This document shows, one piece after another, positions 24,925-40,500 of a DNA stretch of 64,000 bases (positions within the stretch are counted from its first letter, which is position 1; every line of letters begins with the position of its first letter). The stretch spans positions 434,001 through 498,000 of the forward strand of contig OZ059897.1 of NCBI GenBank assembly GCA_964057225.1. The letters are read 5' to 3'. The translations under genes were made by a program, and so were the position numbers. The notes beneath the pieces were generated by a model. That model was given only the letters and a program-made list of their open reading frames with translations. It was not told where the DNA came from and did no database searches. Source of the DNA: Auanema rhodensis (Eukaryota > Animalia > Nematoda).

Positions 24925-27900
24925 AGTAAAGTGCATTCGATGCGGATTTTTAAGCTGGGTCGATCTGTGTTATCAGATTTGCGCTAGCTTAAAAATGCAC
25001 CGAGATATCAACTGATATAGGTTCACACTTATATCCTCGATTTTCACCGTGAAGAATTAATTTTTTTGTTGAATAACAATGTCCATCGTCTTTGTCTTGA
25101 AAAAAGGAATCTAAAAACATCTACTTTTTGTGAAATTATTTTGAAATTTTTCGGGAAACTTTTTGTCAAAATGTTTTTGGAAGCAATGTTGAGTGTACAT
25201 GGAAACTCAACATACACTAATGCATCATTTTTCAAACGATCATAACTAATTTTTGTATTGAGCGTTTCTCCATGTAGTAAAGTGCATTCGATGCGGATTT
25301 TTAAGCTGCGTCGATCTGTGTTATCAGATTTGCGCTAGCTTAAAAATGCACCGAGATATCAACTGATATAAGTTCACACTTATATCCTCGCTTTTCACCC
25401 TGAAGAATCAATTTTTTTGTTGAATAACAATGTCCATCGTCTTTGTCTTGAAAAAAGGAATCTAAAAACATCTACTTTTTGTGAAATTATTTTGAAATTT
25501 TTCGGGAAACTTTTTGTCAAAATGTTTTTGGAAGCAATGTTGAGTGTACATGGAAACTCAACATACACTAATGCATCATTTTTCAAACGATCATAACTAA
25601 TTTTTGTATTAAGCGTTTCTCAATGTAGTATAGTGCATTCGATGCGGGTTTTTAAGCTGCGTCGATCTGTGTTATCAGATTTGAGCTGGCTTGAAGATGC
25701 ACCGAGATATCAACTGATAAAGGTTCACACTTATATCCTCGATTTTCACCGTGAAGAATTAATTTTTTTGTTGAATAACAATGTCCATCGTCTTTGTCTT
25801 GAAAACAGAAATCTGAAAACATCTACTTTTTGTGAAATTATTTTGAAATTTTTCGGGAAACTTTTCTCAAAATGTTTTTGGAAGCAATGTTGAGTGTACA
25901 TGGAAACTCAACATACACTAATGCATCATTTTTCAAACGATCATAACTAATTTTTGTATTGAGCGTTTCTTAATGTAGTATAGTGCATTCGATGCGGATT
26001 TTTAAGCTGGGTCGATCTGTGTTATCAGATTTGCGCTAGCCTAAAAATGCACCGAGATATCAACTGATATAGGTTCACATTTATATCCTCGATTTTCACC
26101 GTGAAGAATTAATTTTTTTGTTGAATAACAATGTCCATCGTTTTTGTCTTGAAAAAAGGAATCTAAAAACATCTACTTTTTGTGAAATTATTTTGAAATT
26201 TTTCGGGAAAATTTTTGTCAAAATGTTTTTGGAAGCAATGTTGAGTGTACATGGAAACTCAACATACACTAATGCATCATTTTTCAAACGATCATAACTA
26301 ATTTTTGTATTAAGCTTTTCTTAATGTAGTATAGTGCATTCGATGCGGATTTTTAAGCTGCGTCGATCTGTGTTATCAGATTTGCGCTAGCTTAAAAATG
26401 CACCGAGATATCAACTGATATAAGTTCACACTTATATCCTCGATTTTCACCCTGAAGAATTAATTTTTTTGTTGAATAACAATGTCCATCGTCTTTGTCT
26501 TGAAAAAAGGAATCTAAAAACATCTACTTTTTGTGAAATTATTTTGAAATTTTTCGGGAAAATTTTTGTCAAAATGTTTTTGGAAGCAATGTTGAGTGTA
26601 CATGGAAACTCAACATACACTAATGCATCATTTTTCAAACGATCATAACTAATTTTTGTATTGAGTGTTTCTTAATGTAGTATAGTGCATTCGATGCGGA
26701 TTTTTAAGCTGGGTCGATCTGTGTTATCAGATTTGCGCTAGCTTAAAAATGCACCGAGATATCAACTGATATAGGTTCACACTTATATCCTCGATTTTCA
26801 CCGTGAAGAATTAATTTTTTTGTTGAATAACAATGTCCATCGTCTTTGTCTTGAAAAAAGGAATCTAAAAACATCTACTTTTTGTGAAATTATTTTGAAA
26901 TTTTTCGGGAAACTTTTTGTCAAAATGTTTTTGGAAGCAATGTTGAGTGTACATGGAAACTCAACATACACTAATGCATCATTTTTCAAACGATCATAAC
27001 CAATTTTTGTATTGAGCGTTTCTCCATGTAGTAAAGTGCATTCGATGCGGATTTTTAAGCTGCGTCGATCTGTGTTATCAGATTTGCGCTAGCTTAAAAA
27101 TGCACCGAGATATCAACTGATATAAGTTCACACTTATATCCTCGATTTTCACCGTGCAGAATTAATTTTTTTGTTGAATAACAATGTCCATCGTCTTTAT
27201 CTTGAAAAAAGGAATCTAAAAACATCTACTTTTTGTGAAATTATTTTGAAATTTTTCGGGAAACTTTTTGTCAAAATGTTTTTGGAAGCAATGTTGAGTG
27301 TACATGGAAACTCAACATACACTAATGCATCATTTTTCAAACGATCATAACTAATTTTTGTATTGAGCGTTTCTTAATGTAGTATAGTGCATTCGATGCG
27401 GATTTTTAAGCTGGGTCGATCTGTGTTATCAGATTTGCGCTAGCTTAAAAATGCACCGAGATATCAACTGATATAGGTTCACACTTATATCCTCGATTTT
27501 CACCGTGAAGAATTAATTTTTTTGTTGAATAACAATGTCCATCGTCTTTGTCTTGAAAAAAGGAATCTAAAAACATCTACTTTTTGTGAAATTATTTTGA
27601 AATTTTTCGGGAAACTTTTTGTCAAAATGTTTTTGGAAGCAATGTTGAGTGTACATGGAAACTCAACATACACTAATGCATCATTTTTCAAACGATCATA
27701 ACTAATTTTTGTATTGAGCGTTTCTCCATGTAGTAAAGTGCATTCGATGCGGATTTTTAAGCTGCGTCGATCTGTGTTATCAGATTTGCGCTAGCTTAAA
27801 AATGCACCGAGATATCAACTGATATAAGTTCACACTTATATCCTCGCTTTTCACCCTGAAGAATCAATTTTTTTGTTGAATAACAATGTCCATCGTCTTT

Positions 27901-30900
27901 GTCTTGAAAAAAGGAATCTAAAAACATCTACTTTTTGTGAAATTATTTTGAAATTTTTCGGGAAACTTTTTGTCAAAATGTTTTTGGAAGCAATGTTGAG
28001 TGTACATGGAAACTCAACATACACTAATGCATCATTTTTCAAACGATCATAACTAATTTTTGTATTGAGCGTTTCTTAATGTAGTATAGTGCATTCGATG
28101 CGGATTTTTAAGCTGGGTCGATCTGTGTTATCAGATTTGCGCTAGCCTAAAAATGCACCGAGATATCAACTGATATAGGTTCACATTTATATCCTCGATT
28201 TTCACCGTGAAGAATTAATTTTTTTGTTGAATAACAATGTCCATCGTTTTTGTCTTGAAAAAAGGAATCTAAAAACATCTACTTTTTGTGAAATTATTTT
28301 GAAATTTTTCGGGAAAATTTTTGTCAAAATGTTTTTGGAAGCAATGTTGAGTGTACATGGAAACTCAACATACACTAATGCATCATTTTTCAAACGATCA
28401 TAACTAATTTTTGTATTAAGCTTTTCTTAATGTAGTATAGTGCATTCGATGCGGATTTTTAAGCTGCGTCGATCTGTGTTATCAGATTTGCGCTAGCTTA
28501 AAAATGCACCGAGATATCAACTGATATAAGTTCACACTTATATCCTCGATTTTCACCCTGAAGAATTAATTTTTTTGTTGAATAACAATGTCCATCGTCT
28601 TTGTCTTGAAAAAAGGAATCTAAAAACATCTACTTTTTGTGAAATTATTTTGAAATTTTTCGGGAAAATTTTTGTCAAAATGTTTTTGGAAGCAATGTTG
28701 AGTGTACATGGAAACTCAACATACACTAATGCATCATTTTTCAAACGATCATAACTAATTTTTGTATTGAGCGTTTCTCCATGTAGTAAAGTGCATTCGA
28801 TGCGGATTTTTAAGCTGCGTCGATCTGTGTTATCAGATTTGCGCTAGCTTAAAAATGCACCGAGATATCAACTGATATAAGTTCACACTTATATCCTCGA
28901 TTTTCACCGTGCAGAATTAATTTTTTTGTTGAATAACAATGTCCATCGTCTTTATCTTGAAAAAAGGAATCTAAAAACATCTACTTTTTGTGAAATTATT
29001 TTGAAATTTTTCGGGAAACTTTTTGTCAAAATGTTTTTGGAAGCAATGTTGAGTGTACATGGAAACTCAACATACACTAATGCATCATTTTTCAAACGAT
29101 CATAACTAATTTTTGTATTGAGCGTTTCTTAATGTAGTATAGTGCATTCGATGCGGATTTTTAAGCTGGGTCGATCTGTGTTATCAGATTTGCGCTAGCT
29201 TAAAAATGCACCGAGATATCAACTGATATAGGTTCACACTTATATCCTCGATTTTCACCGTGAAGAATTAATTTTTTTGTTGAATAACAATGTCCATCGT
29301 CTTTGTCTTGAAAAAAGGAATCTAAAAACATCTACTTTTTGTGAAATTATTTTGAAATTTTTCGGGAAACTTTTTGTCAAAATGTTTTTGGAAGCAATGT
29401 TGAGTGTACATGGAAACTCAACATACACTAATGCATCATTTTTCAAACGATCATAACTAATTTTTGTATTGAGCGTTTCTCCATGTAGTAAAGTGCATTC
29501 GATGCGGATTTTTAAGCTGCGTCGATCTGTGTTATCAGATTTGCGCTAGCTTAAAAATGCACCGAGATATCAACTGATATAAGTTCACACTTATATCCTC
29601 GCTTTTCACCCTGAAGAATCAATTTTTTTGTTGAATAACAATGTCCATCGTCTTTGTCTTGAAAAAAGGAATCTAAAAACATCTACTTTTTGTGAAATTA
29701 TTTTGAAATTTTTCGGGAAACTTTTTGTCAAAATGTTTTTGGAAGCAATGTTGAGTGTACATGGAAACTCAACATACACTAATGCATCATTTTTCAAACG
29801 ATCATAACTAATTTTTGTATTAAGCGTTTCTCAATGTAGTATAGTGCATTCGATGCGGGTTTTTAAGCTGCGTCGATCTGTGTTATCAGATTTGAGCTGG
29901 CTTGAAGATGCACCGAGATATCAACTGATAAAGGTTCACACTTATATCCTCGATTTTCACCGTGAAGAATTAATTTTTTTGTTGAATAACAATGTCCATC
30001 GTCTTTGTCTTGAAAACAGAAATCTGAAAACATCTACTTTTTGTGAAATTATTTTGAAATTTTTCGGGAAACTTTTCTCAAAATGTTTTTGGAAGCAATG
30101 TTGAGTGTACATGGAAACTCAACATACACTAATGCATCATTTTTCAAACGATCATAACTAATTTTTGTATTGAGCGTTTCTTAATGTAGTATAGTGCATT
30201 CGATGCGGATTTTTAAGCTGGGTCGATCTGTGTTATCAGATTTGCGCTAGCTTAAAAATGCACCGAGATATCAACTGATATAGGTTCACATTTATATCCT
30301 CGATTTTCACCGTGAAGAATTAATTTTTTTGTTGAATAACAATGTCCATCGTTTTTGTCTTGAAAAAAGGAATCTAAAAACATCTACTTTTTGTGAAATT
30401 ATTTTGAAATTTTTCGGGAAAATTTTTGTCAAAATGTTTTTGGAAGCAATGTTGAGTGTACATGGAAACTCAACATACACTAATGCATCATTTTTCAAAC
30501 GATCATAACTAATTTTTGTATTAAGCTTTTCTTAATGTAGTATAGTGCATTCGATGCGGATTTTTAAGCTGCGTCGATCTGTGTTATCAGATTTGCGCTA
30601 GCTTAAAAATGCACCGAGATATCAACTGATATAAGTTCACACTTATATCCTCGATTTTCACCCTGAAGAATTAATTTTTTTGTTGAATAACAATGTCCAT
30701 CGTCTTTGTCTTGAAAAAAGGAATCTAAAAACATCTACTTTTTGTGAAATTATTTTGAAATTTTTCGGGAAAATTTTTGTCAAAATGTTTTTGGAAGCAA
30801 TGTTGAGTGTACATGGAAACTCAACATACACTAATGCATCATTTTTCAAACGATCATAACTAATTTTTGTATTAAGCTTTTCTTAATGTAGTATAGTGCA

Positions 30901-33900
30901 TTCGATGCGGATTTTTAAGCTGCGTCGATCTGTGTTATCAGATTTGCGCTAGCTTAAAAATGCACCGAGATATCAACTGATATAAGTTCACACTTATATC
31001 CTCGATTTTCACCCTGAAGAATTAATTTTTTTGTTGAATAACAATGTCCATCGTCTTTGTCTTGAAAAAAGGAATCTAAAAACATCTACTTTTTGTGAAA
31101 TTATTTTGAAATTTTTCGGGAAAATTTTTGTCAAAATGTTTTTGGAAGCAATGTTGAGTGTACATGGAAACTCAACATACACTAATGCATCATTTTTCAA
31201 ACGATCATAACTAATTTTTGTATTGAGCGTTTCTCCATGTAGTAAAGTGCATTCGATGCGGATTTTTAAGCTGCGTCGATCTGTGTTATCAGATTTGCGC
31301 TAGCTTAAAAATGCACCGAGATATCAACTGATATAAGTTCACACTTATATCCTCGATTTTCACCGTGCAGAATTAATTTTTTTGTTGAATAACAATGTCC
31401 ATCGTCTTTATCTTGAAAAAAGGAATCTAAAAACATCTACTTTTTGTGAAATTATTTTGAAATTTTTCGGGAAACTTTTTGTCAAAATGTTTTTGGAAGC
31501 AATGTTGAGTGTACATGGAAACTCAACATACACTAATGCATCATTTTTCAAACGATCATAACTAATTTTTGTATTGAGCGTTTCTTAATGTAGTATAGTG
31601 CATTCGATGCGGATTTTTAAGCTGGGTCGATCTGTGTTATCAGATTTGCGCTAGCTTAAAAATGCACCGAGATATCAACTGATATAGGTTCACACTTATA
31701 TCCTCGATTTTCACCGTGAAGAATTAATTTTTTTGTTGAATAACAATGTCCATCGTCTTTGTCTTGAAAAAAGGAATCTAAAAACATCTACTTTTTGTGA
31801 AATTATTTTGAAATTTTTCGGGAAACTTTTTGTCAAAATGTTTTTGGAAGCAATGTTGAGTGTACATGGAAACTCAACATACACTAATGCATCATTTTTC
31901 AAACGATCATAACTAATTTTTGTATTGAGCGTTTCTCCATGTAGTAAAGTGCATTCGATGCGGATTTTTAAGCTGCGTCGATCTGTGTTATCAGATTTGC
32001 GCTAGCTTAAAAATGCACCGAGATATCAACTGATATAAGTTCACACTTATATCCTCGCTTTTCACCCTGAAGAATCAATTTTTTTGTTGAATAACAATGT
32101 CCATCGTCTTTGTCTTGAAAAAAGGAATCTAAAAACATCTACTTTTTGTGAAATTATTTTGAAATTTTTCGGGAAACTTTTTGTCAAAATGTTTTTGGAA
32201 GCAATGTTGAGTGTACATGGAAACTCAACATACACTAATGCATCATTTTTCAAACGATCATAACTAATTTTTGTATTAAGCGTTTCTCAATGTAGTATAG
32301 TGCATTCGATGCGGGTTTTTAAGCTGCGTCGATCTGTGTTATCAGATTTGAGCTGGCTTGAAGATGCACCGAGATATCAACTGATAAAGGTTCACACTTA
32401 TATCCTCGATTTTCACCGTGAAGAATTAATTTTTTTGTTGAATAACAATGTCCATCGTCTTTGTCTTGAAAACAGAAATCTGAAAACATCTACTTTTTGT
32501 GAAATTATTTTGAAATTTTTCGGGAAACTTTTCTCAAAATGTTTTTGGAAGCAATGTTGAGTGTACATGGAAACTCAACATACACTAATGCATCATTTTT
32601 CAAACGATCATAACTAATTTTTGTATTGAGCGTTTCTTAATGTAGTATAGTGCATTCGATGCGGATTTTTAAGCTGGGTCGATCTGTGTTATCAGATTTG
32701 CGCTAGCTTAAAAATGCACCGAGATATCAACTGATATAGGTTCACATTTATATCCTCGATTTTCACCGTGAAGAATTAATTTTTTTGTTGAATAACAATG
32801 TCCATCGTTTTTGTCTTGAAAAAAGGAATCTAAAAACATCTACTTTTTGTGAAATTATTTTGAAATTTTTCGGGAAAATTTTTGTCAAAATGTTTTTGGA
32901 AGCAATGTTGAGTGTACATGGAAACTCAACATACACTAATGCATCATTTTTCAAACGATCATAACTAATTTTTGTATTAAGCTTTTCTTAATGTAGTATA
33001 GTGCATTCGATGCGGATTTTTAAGCTGCGTCGATCTGTGTTATCAGATTTGCGCTAGCTTAAAAATGCACCGAGATATCAACTGATATAAGTTCACACTT
33101 ATATCCTCGATTTTCACCCTGAAGAATTAATTTTTTTGTTGAATAACAATGTCCATCGTCTTTGTCTTGAAAAAAGGAATCTAAAAACATCTACTTTTTG
33201 TGAAATTATTTTGAAATTTTTCGGGAAAATTTTTGTCAAAATGTTTTTGGAAGCAATGTTGAGTGTACATGGAAACTCAACATACACTAATGCATCATTT
33301 TTCAAACGATCATAACTAATTTTTGTATTGAGTGTTTCTTAATGTAGTATAGTGCATTCGATGCGGATTTTTAAGCTGGGTCGATCTGTGTTATCAGATT
33401 TGCGCTAGCTTAAAAATGCACCGAGATATCAACTGATATAGGTTCACACTTATATCCTCGATTTTCACCGTGAAGAATTAATTTTTTTGTTGAATAACAA
33501 TGTCCATCGTCTTTGTCTTGAAAAAAGGAATCTAAAAACATCTACTTTTTGTGAAATTATTTTGAAATTTTTCGGGAAACTTTTTGTCAAAATGTTTTTG
33601 GAAGCAATGTTGAGTGTACATGGAAACTCAACATACACTAATGCATCATTTTTCAAACGATCATAACCAATTTTTGTATTGAGCGTTTCTCCATGTAGTA
33701 AAGTGCATTCGATGCGGATTTTTAAGCTGCGTCGATCTGTGTTATCAGATTTGCGCTAGCTTAAAAATGCACCGAGATATCAACTGATATAAGTTCACAC
33801 TTATATCCTCGATTTTCACCGTGCAGAATTAATTTTTTTGTTGAATAACAATGTCCATCGTCTTTATCTTGAAAAAAGGAATCTAAAAACATCTACTTTT

Positions 33901-36900
33901 TGTGAAATTATTTTGAAATTTTTCGGGAAACTTTTTGTCAAAATGTTTTTGGAAGCAATGTTGAGTGTACATGGAAACTCAACATACACTAATGCATCAT
34001 TTTTCAAACGATCATAACTAATTTTTGTATTGAGCGTTTCTTAATGTAGTATAGTGCATTCGATGCGGATTTTTAAGCTGGGTCGATCTGTGTTATCAGA
34101 TTTGCGCTAGCTTAAAAATGCACCGAGATATCAACTGATATAGGTTCACACTTATATCCTCGATTTTCACCGTGAAGAATTAATTTTTTTGTTGAATAAC
34201 AATGTCCATCGTCTTTGTCTTGAAAAAAGGAATCTAAAAACATCTACTTTTTGTGAAATTATTTTGAAATTTTTCGGGAAACTTTTTGTCAAAATGTTTT
34301 TGGAAGCAATGTTGAGTGTACATGGAAACTCAACATACACTAATGCATCATTTTTCAAACGATCATAACTAATTTTTGTATTGAGCGTTTCTCCATGTAG
34401 TAAAGTGCATTCGATGCGGATTTTTAAGCTGCGTCGATCTGTGTTATCAGATTTGCGCTAGCTTAAAAATGCACCGAGATATCAACTGATATAAGTTCAC
34501 ACTTATATCCTCGCTTTTCACCCTGAAGAATCAATTTTTTTGTTGAATAACAATGTCCATCGTCTTTGTCTTGAAAAAAGGAATCTAAAAACATCTACTT
34601 TTTGTGAAATTATTTTGAAATTTTTCGGGAAACTTTTTGTCAAAATGTTTTTGGAAGCAATGTTGAGTGTACATGGAAACTCAACATACACTAATGCATC
34701 ATTTTTCAAACGATCATAACTAATTTTTGTATTGAGCGTTTCTTAATGTAGTATAGTGCATTCGATGCGGATTTTTAAGCTGGGTCGATCTGTGTTATCA
34801 GATTTGCGCTAGCCTAAAAATGCACCGAGATATCAACTGATATAGGTTCACATTTATATCCTCGATTTTCACCGTGAAGAATTAATTTTTTTGTTGAATA
34901 ACAATGTCCATCGTTTTTGTCTTGAAAAAAGGAATCTAAAAACATCTACTTTTTGTGAAATTATTTTGAAATTTTTCGGGAAAATTTTTGTCAAAATGTT
35001 TTTGGAAGCAATGTTGAGTGTACATGGAAACTCAACATACACTAATGCATCATTTTTCAAACGATCATAACTAATTTTTGTATTAAGCTTTTCTTAATGT
35101 AGTATAGTGCATTCGATGCGGATTTTTAAGCTGCGTCGATCTGTGTTATCAGATTTGCGCTAGCTTAAAAATGCACCGAGATATCAACTGATATAAGTTC
35201 ACACTTATATCCTCGATTTTCACCCTGAAGAATTAATTTTTTTGTTGAATAACAATGTCCATTGTCTTTGTCTTGAAAAAAGGAATCTAAAAACATCTAC
35301 TTTTTGTGAAATTATTTTGAAATTTTTCGGGAAAATTTTTGTCAAAATGTTTTTGGAAGCAATGTTGAGTGTACATGGAAACTCAACATACACTAATGCA
35401 TCATTTTTCAAACGATCATAACTAATTTTTGTATTGAGCGTTTCTCCATGTAGTAAAGTGCATTCGATGCGGATTTTTAAGCTGCGTCGATCTGTGTTAT
35501 CAGATTTGCGCTAGCTTAAAAATGCACCGAGATATCAACTGATATAAGTTCACACTTATATCCTCGATTTTCACCGTGCAGAATTAATTTTTTTGTTGAA
35601 TAACAATGTCCATCGTCTTTATCTTGAAAAAAGGAATCTAAAAACATCTACTTTTTGTGAAATTATTTTGAAATTTTTCGGGAAACTTTTTGTCAAAATG
35701 TTTTTGGAAGCAATGTTGAGTGTACATGGAAACTCAACATACACTAATGCATCATTTTTCAAACGATCATAACTAATTTTTGTATTGAGCGTTTCTTAAT
35801 GTAGTATAGTGCATTCGATGCGGATTTTTAAGCTGGGTCGATCTGTGTTATCAGATTTGCGCTAGCTTAAAAATGCACCGAGATATCAACTGATATAGGT
35901 TCACACTTATATCCTCGATTTTCACCGTGAAGAATTAATTTTTTTGTTGAATAACAATGTCCATCGTCTTTGTCTTGAAAAAAGGAATCTAAAAACATCT
36001 ACTTTTTGTGAAATTATTTTGAAATTTTTCGGGAAACTTTTTGTCAAAATGTTTTTGGAAGCAATGTTGAGTGTACATGGAAACTCAACATACACTAATG
36101 CATCATTTTTCAAACGATCATAACTAATTTTTGTATTGAGCGTTTCTCCATGTAGTAAAGTGCATTCGATGCGGATTTTTAAGCTGCGTCGATCTGTGTT
36201 ATCAGATTTGCGCTAGCTTAAAAATGCACCGAGATATCAACTGATATAAGTTCACACTTATATCCTCGCTTTTCACCCTGAAGAATCAATTTTTTTGTTG
36301 AATAACAATGTCCATCGTCTTTGTCTTGAAAAAAGGAATCTAAAAACATCTACTTTTTGTGAAATTATTTTGAAATTTTTCGGGAAACTTTTTGTCAAAA
36401 TGTTTTTGGAAGCAATGTTGAGTGTACATGGAAACTCAACATACACTAATGCATCATTTTTCAAACGATCATAACTAATTTTTGTATTAAGCGTTTCTCA
36501 ATGTAGTATAGTGCATTCGATGCGGGTTTTTAAGCTGCGTCGATCTGTGTTATCAGATTTGAGCTGGCTTGAAGATGCACCGAGATATCAACTGATAAAG
36601 GTTCACACTTATATCCTCGATTTTCACCGTGAAGAATTAATTTTTTTGTTGAATAACAATGTCCATCGTCTTTGTCTTGAAAACAGAAATCTGAAAACAT
36701 CTACTTTTTGTGAAATTATTTTGAAATTTTTCGGGAAACTTTTCTCAAAATGTTTTTGGAAGCAATGTTGAGTGTACATGGAAACTCAACATACACTAAT
36801 GCATCATTTTTCAAACGATCATAACTAATTTTTGTATTGAGCGTTTCTTAATGTAGTATAGTGCATTCGATGCGGATTTTTAAGCTGGGTCGATCTGTGT

Positions 36901-37556
36901 TATCAGATTTGCGCTAGCTTAAAAATGCACCGAGATATCAACTGATATAGGTTCACATTTATATCCTCGATTTTCACCGTGAAGAATTAATTTTTTTGTT
37001 GAATAACAATGTCCATCGTTTTTGTCTTGAAAAAAGGAATCTAAAAACATCTACTTTTTGTGAAATTATTTTGAAATTTTTCGGGAAAATTTTTGTCAAA
37101 ATGTTTTTGGAAGCAATGTTGAGTGTACATGGAAACTCAACATACACTAATGCATCATTTTTCAAACGATCATAACTAATTTTTGTATTAAGCTTTTCTT
37201 AATGTAGTATAGTGCATTCGATGCGGATTTTTAAGCTGCGTCGATCTGTGTTATCAGATTTGCGCTAGCTTAAAAATGCACCGAGATATCAACTGATATA
37301 AGTTCACACTTATATCCTCGATTTTCACCCTGAAGAATTAATTTTTTTGTTGAATAACAATGTCCATCGTCTTTGTCTTGAAAAAAGGAATCTAAAAACA
37401 TCTACTTTTTGTGAAATTATTTTGAAATTTTTCGGGAAAATTTTTGTCAAAATGTTTTTGGAAGCAATGTTGAGTGTACATGGAAACTCAACATACACTA
37501 ATGCATCATTTTTCAAACGATCATAACTAATTTTTGTATTGAGTGTTTCTTAATGT
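24925..37556. repeat. SatA 17-monomer block duplicated at 19-monomer (6667-bp) offset
   Basis: The variant order at 24925-30889 equals that at 31592-37556. Private allele cataaccaat occurs at 27001 and 33668; gctagcctaa at 28147 and 34814. Confidence 0.88.
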
Positions 37557-40500
37557 AGTATAGTGCATTCGATGCGGATTTTTAAGCTGGGTCGATCTGT
37601 GTTATCAGATTTGCGCTAGCTTAAAAATGCACCGAGATATCAACTGATATAGGTTCACACTTATATCCTCGATTTTCACCGTGAAGAATTAATTTTTTTG
37701 TTGAATAACAATGTCCATCGTCTTTGTCTTGAAAAAAGGAATCTAAAAACATCTACTTTTTGTGAAATTATTTTGAAATTTTTCGGGAAACTTTTTGTCA
37801 AAATGTTTTTGGAAGCAATGTTGAGTGTACATGGAAACTCAACATACACTAATGCATCATTTTTCAAACGATCATAACTAATTTTTGTATTGAGCGTTTC
37901 TCCATGTAGTAAAGTGCATTCGATGCGGATTTTTAAGCTGGGTCGATCTGTGTTATCAGATTTGCGCTAGCTTAAAAATGCACCGAGATATCAACTGATA
38001 TAGGTTCACATTTATATCCTCGATTTTCACCGTGAAGAATTAATTTTTTTGTTGAATAACAATGTCCATCGTTTTTGTCTTGAAAAAAGGAATCTAAAAA
38101 CATCTACTTTTTGTGAAATTATTTTGAAATTTTTCGGGAAAATTTTTGTCAAAATGTTTTTGGAAGCAATGTTGAGTGTACATGGAAACTCAACATACAC
38201 TAATGCATCATTTTTCAAACGATCATAACTAATTTTTGTATTAAGCTTTTCTTAATGTAGTATAGTGCATTCGATGCGGATTTTTAAGCTGCGTCGATCT
38301 GTGTTATCAGATTTGCGCTAGCTTAAAAATGCACCGAGATATCAACTGATATAAGTTCACACTTATATCCTCGATTTTCACCCTGAAGAATTAATTTTTT
38401 TGTTGAATAACAATGTCCATCGTCTTTGTCTTGAAAAAAGGAATCTAAAAACATCTACTTTTTGTGAAATTATTTTGAAATTTTTCTGGAAAATTTTTGT
38501 CAAAATGTTTTTGGAAGCAATGTTGAGTGTACATGGAAACTCAACATACACTAATGCATCATTTTTCAAACGATCATAACTAATTTTTGTATTGAGTGTT
38601 TCTTAATGTAGTATAGTGCATTCGATGCGGATTTTTAAGCTGCGTCGATCTGTGTTATCAGATTTGCGCTAGCTTAAAAATGCACCGAGATATCAACTGA
38701 TATAGGTTCACACTTATATCCTCGATTTTCACCGTGAAGAATTAATTTTTTTGTTGAATAACAATGTCCATCGTCTTTGTCTTGAAAAAAGGAATCTAAA
38801 AACATCTACTTTTTGTGAAATTATTTTGAAATTTTTCGGGAAACTTTTTGTCAAAATGTTTTTGGAAGCAATGTTGAGTGTACATGGAAACTCAACATAC
38901 ACTAATGCATCATTTTTCAAACGATCATAACTAATTTTTGTATTGAGCGTTTCTCCATGTAGTAAAGTGCATTCGATGCGGATTTTTAAGCTGCGTCGAT
39001 CTGTGTTATCAGATTTGCGCTAGCTTAAAAATGCACCGAGATATCAACTGATATAAGTTCACACTTATATCCTCGCTTTTCACCCTGAAGAATCAATTTT
39101 TTTGTTGAATAACAATGTCCATCGTCTTTGTCTTGAAAAAAGGAATCTAAAAACATCTACTTTTTGTGAAATTATTTTGAAATTTTTCGGGAAACTTTTT
39201 GTCAAAATGTTTTTGGAAGCAATGTTGAGTGTACATGGAAACTCAACATACACTAATGCATCATTTTTCAAACGATCATAACTAATTTTTGTATTGAGCG
39301 TTTCTCCATGTAGTAAAGTGCATTCGATGCGGATTTTTAAGCTGGGTCGATCTGTGTTATCAGATTTGCGCTAGCTTAAAAATGCACCGAGATATCAACT
39401 GATATAGGTTCACATTTATATCCTCGATTTTCACCGTGAAGAATTAATTTTTTTGTTGAATAACAATGTCCATCGTTTTTGTCTTGAAAAAAGGAATCTA
39501 AAAACATCTACTTTTTGTGAAATTATTTTGAAATTTTTCGGGAAAATTTTTGTCAAAATGTTTTTGGAAGCAATGTTGAGTGTACATGGAAACTCAACAT
39601 ACACTAATGCATCATTTTTCAAACGATCATAACTAATTTTTGTATTAAGCTTTTCTTAATGTAGTATAGTGCATTCGATGCGGATTTTTAAGCTGCGTCG
39701 ATCTGTGTTATCAGATTTGCGCTAGCTTAAAAATGCACCGAGATATCAACTGATATAAGTTCACACTTATATCCTCGATTTTCACCCTGAAGAATTAATT
39801 TTTTTGTTGAATAACAATGTCGATCGTCTTTGTCTTGAAAAAAGGAATCTAAAAACATCTACTTTTTGTGAAATTATTTTGAAATTTTTCTGGAAAATTT
39901 TTGTCAAAATATTTTTGGAAGCAATGTTGAGTGTACATGGAAACTCAACATACACTAATGCATCATTTTTCAAACGATCATAACTAATTTTTGTATTGAG
40001 TGTTTCTTAATGTAGTATAGTGCATTCGATGCGGATTTTTAAGCTGCGTCGATCTGTGTTATCAGATTTGCGCTAGCTTAAAAATGCACCGAGATATCAA
40101 CTGATATAGGTTCACACTTATATCCTCGATTTTCACCGTGAAGAATTAATTTTTTTGTTGAATAACAATGTCCATCGTCTTTGTCTTGAAAAAAGGAATC
40201 TAAAAACATCTACTTTTTGTGAAATTATTTTGAAATTTTTCGGGAAACTTTTTGTCAAAATGTTTTTGGAAGCAATGTTGAGTGTACATGGAAACTCAAC
40301 ATACACTAATGCATCATTTTTCAAACGATCATAACTAATTTTTGTATTGAGCGTTTCTCCATGTAGTAAAGTGCATTCGATGCGGATTTTTAAGCTGGGT
40401 CGATCTGTGTTATCAGATTTGCGCTAGCTTAAAAATGCACCGAGATATCAACTGATATAGGTTCACATTTATATCCTCGATTTTCACCGTGAAGAATTAA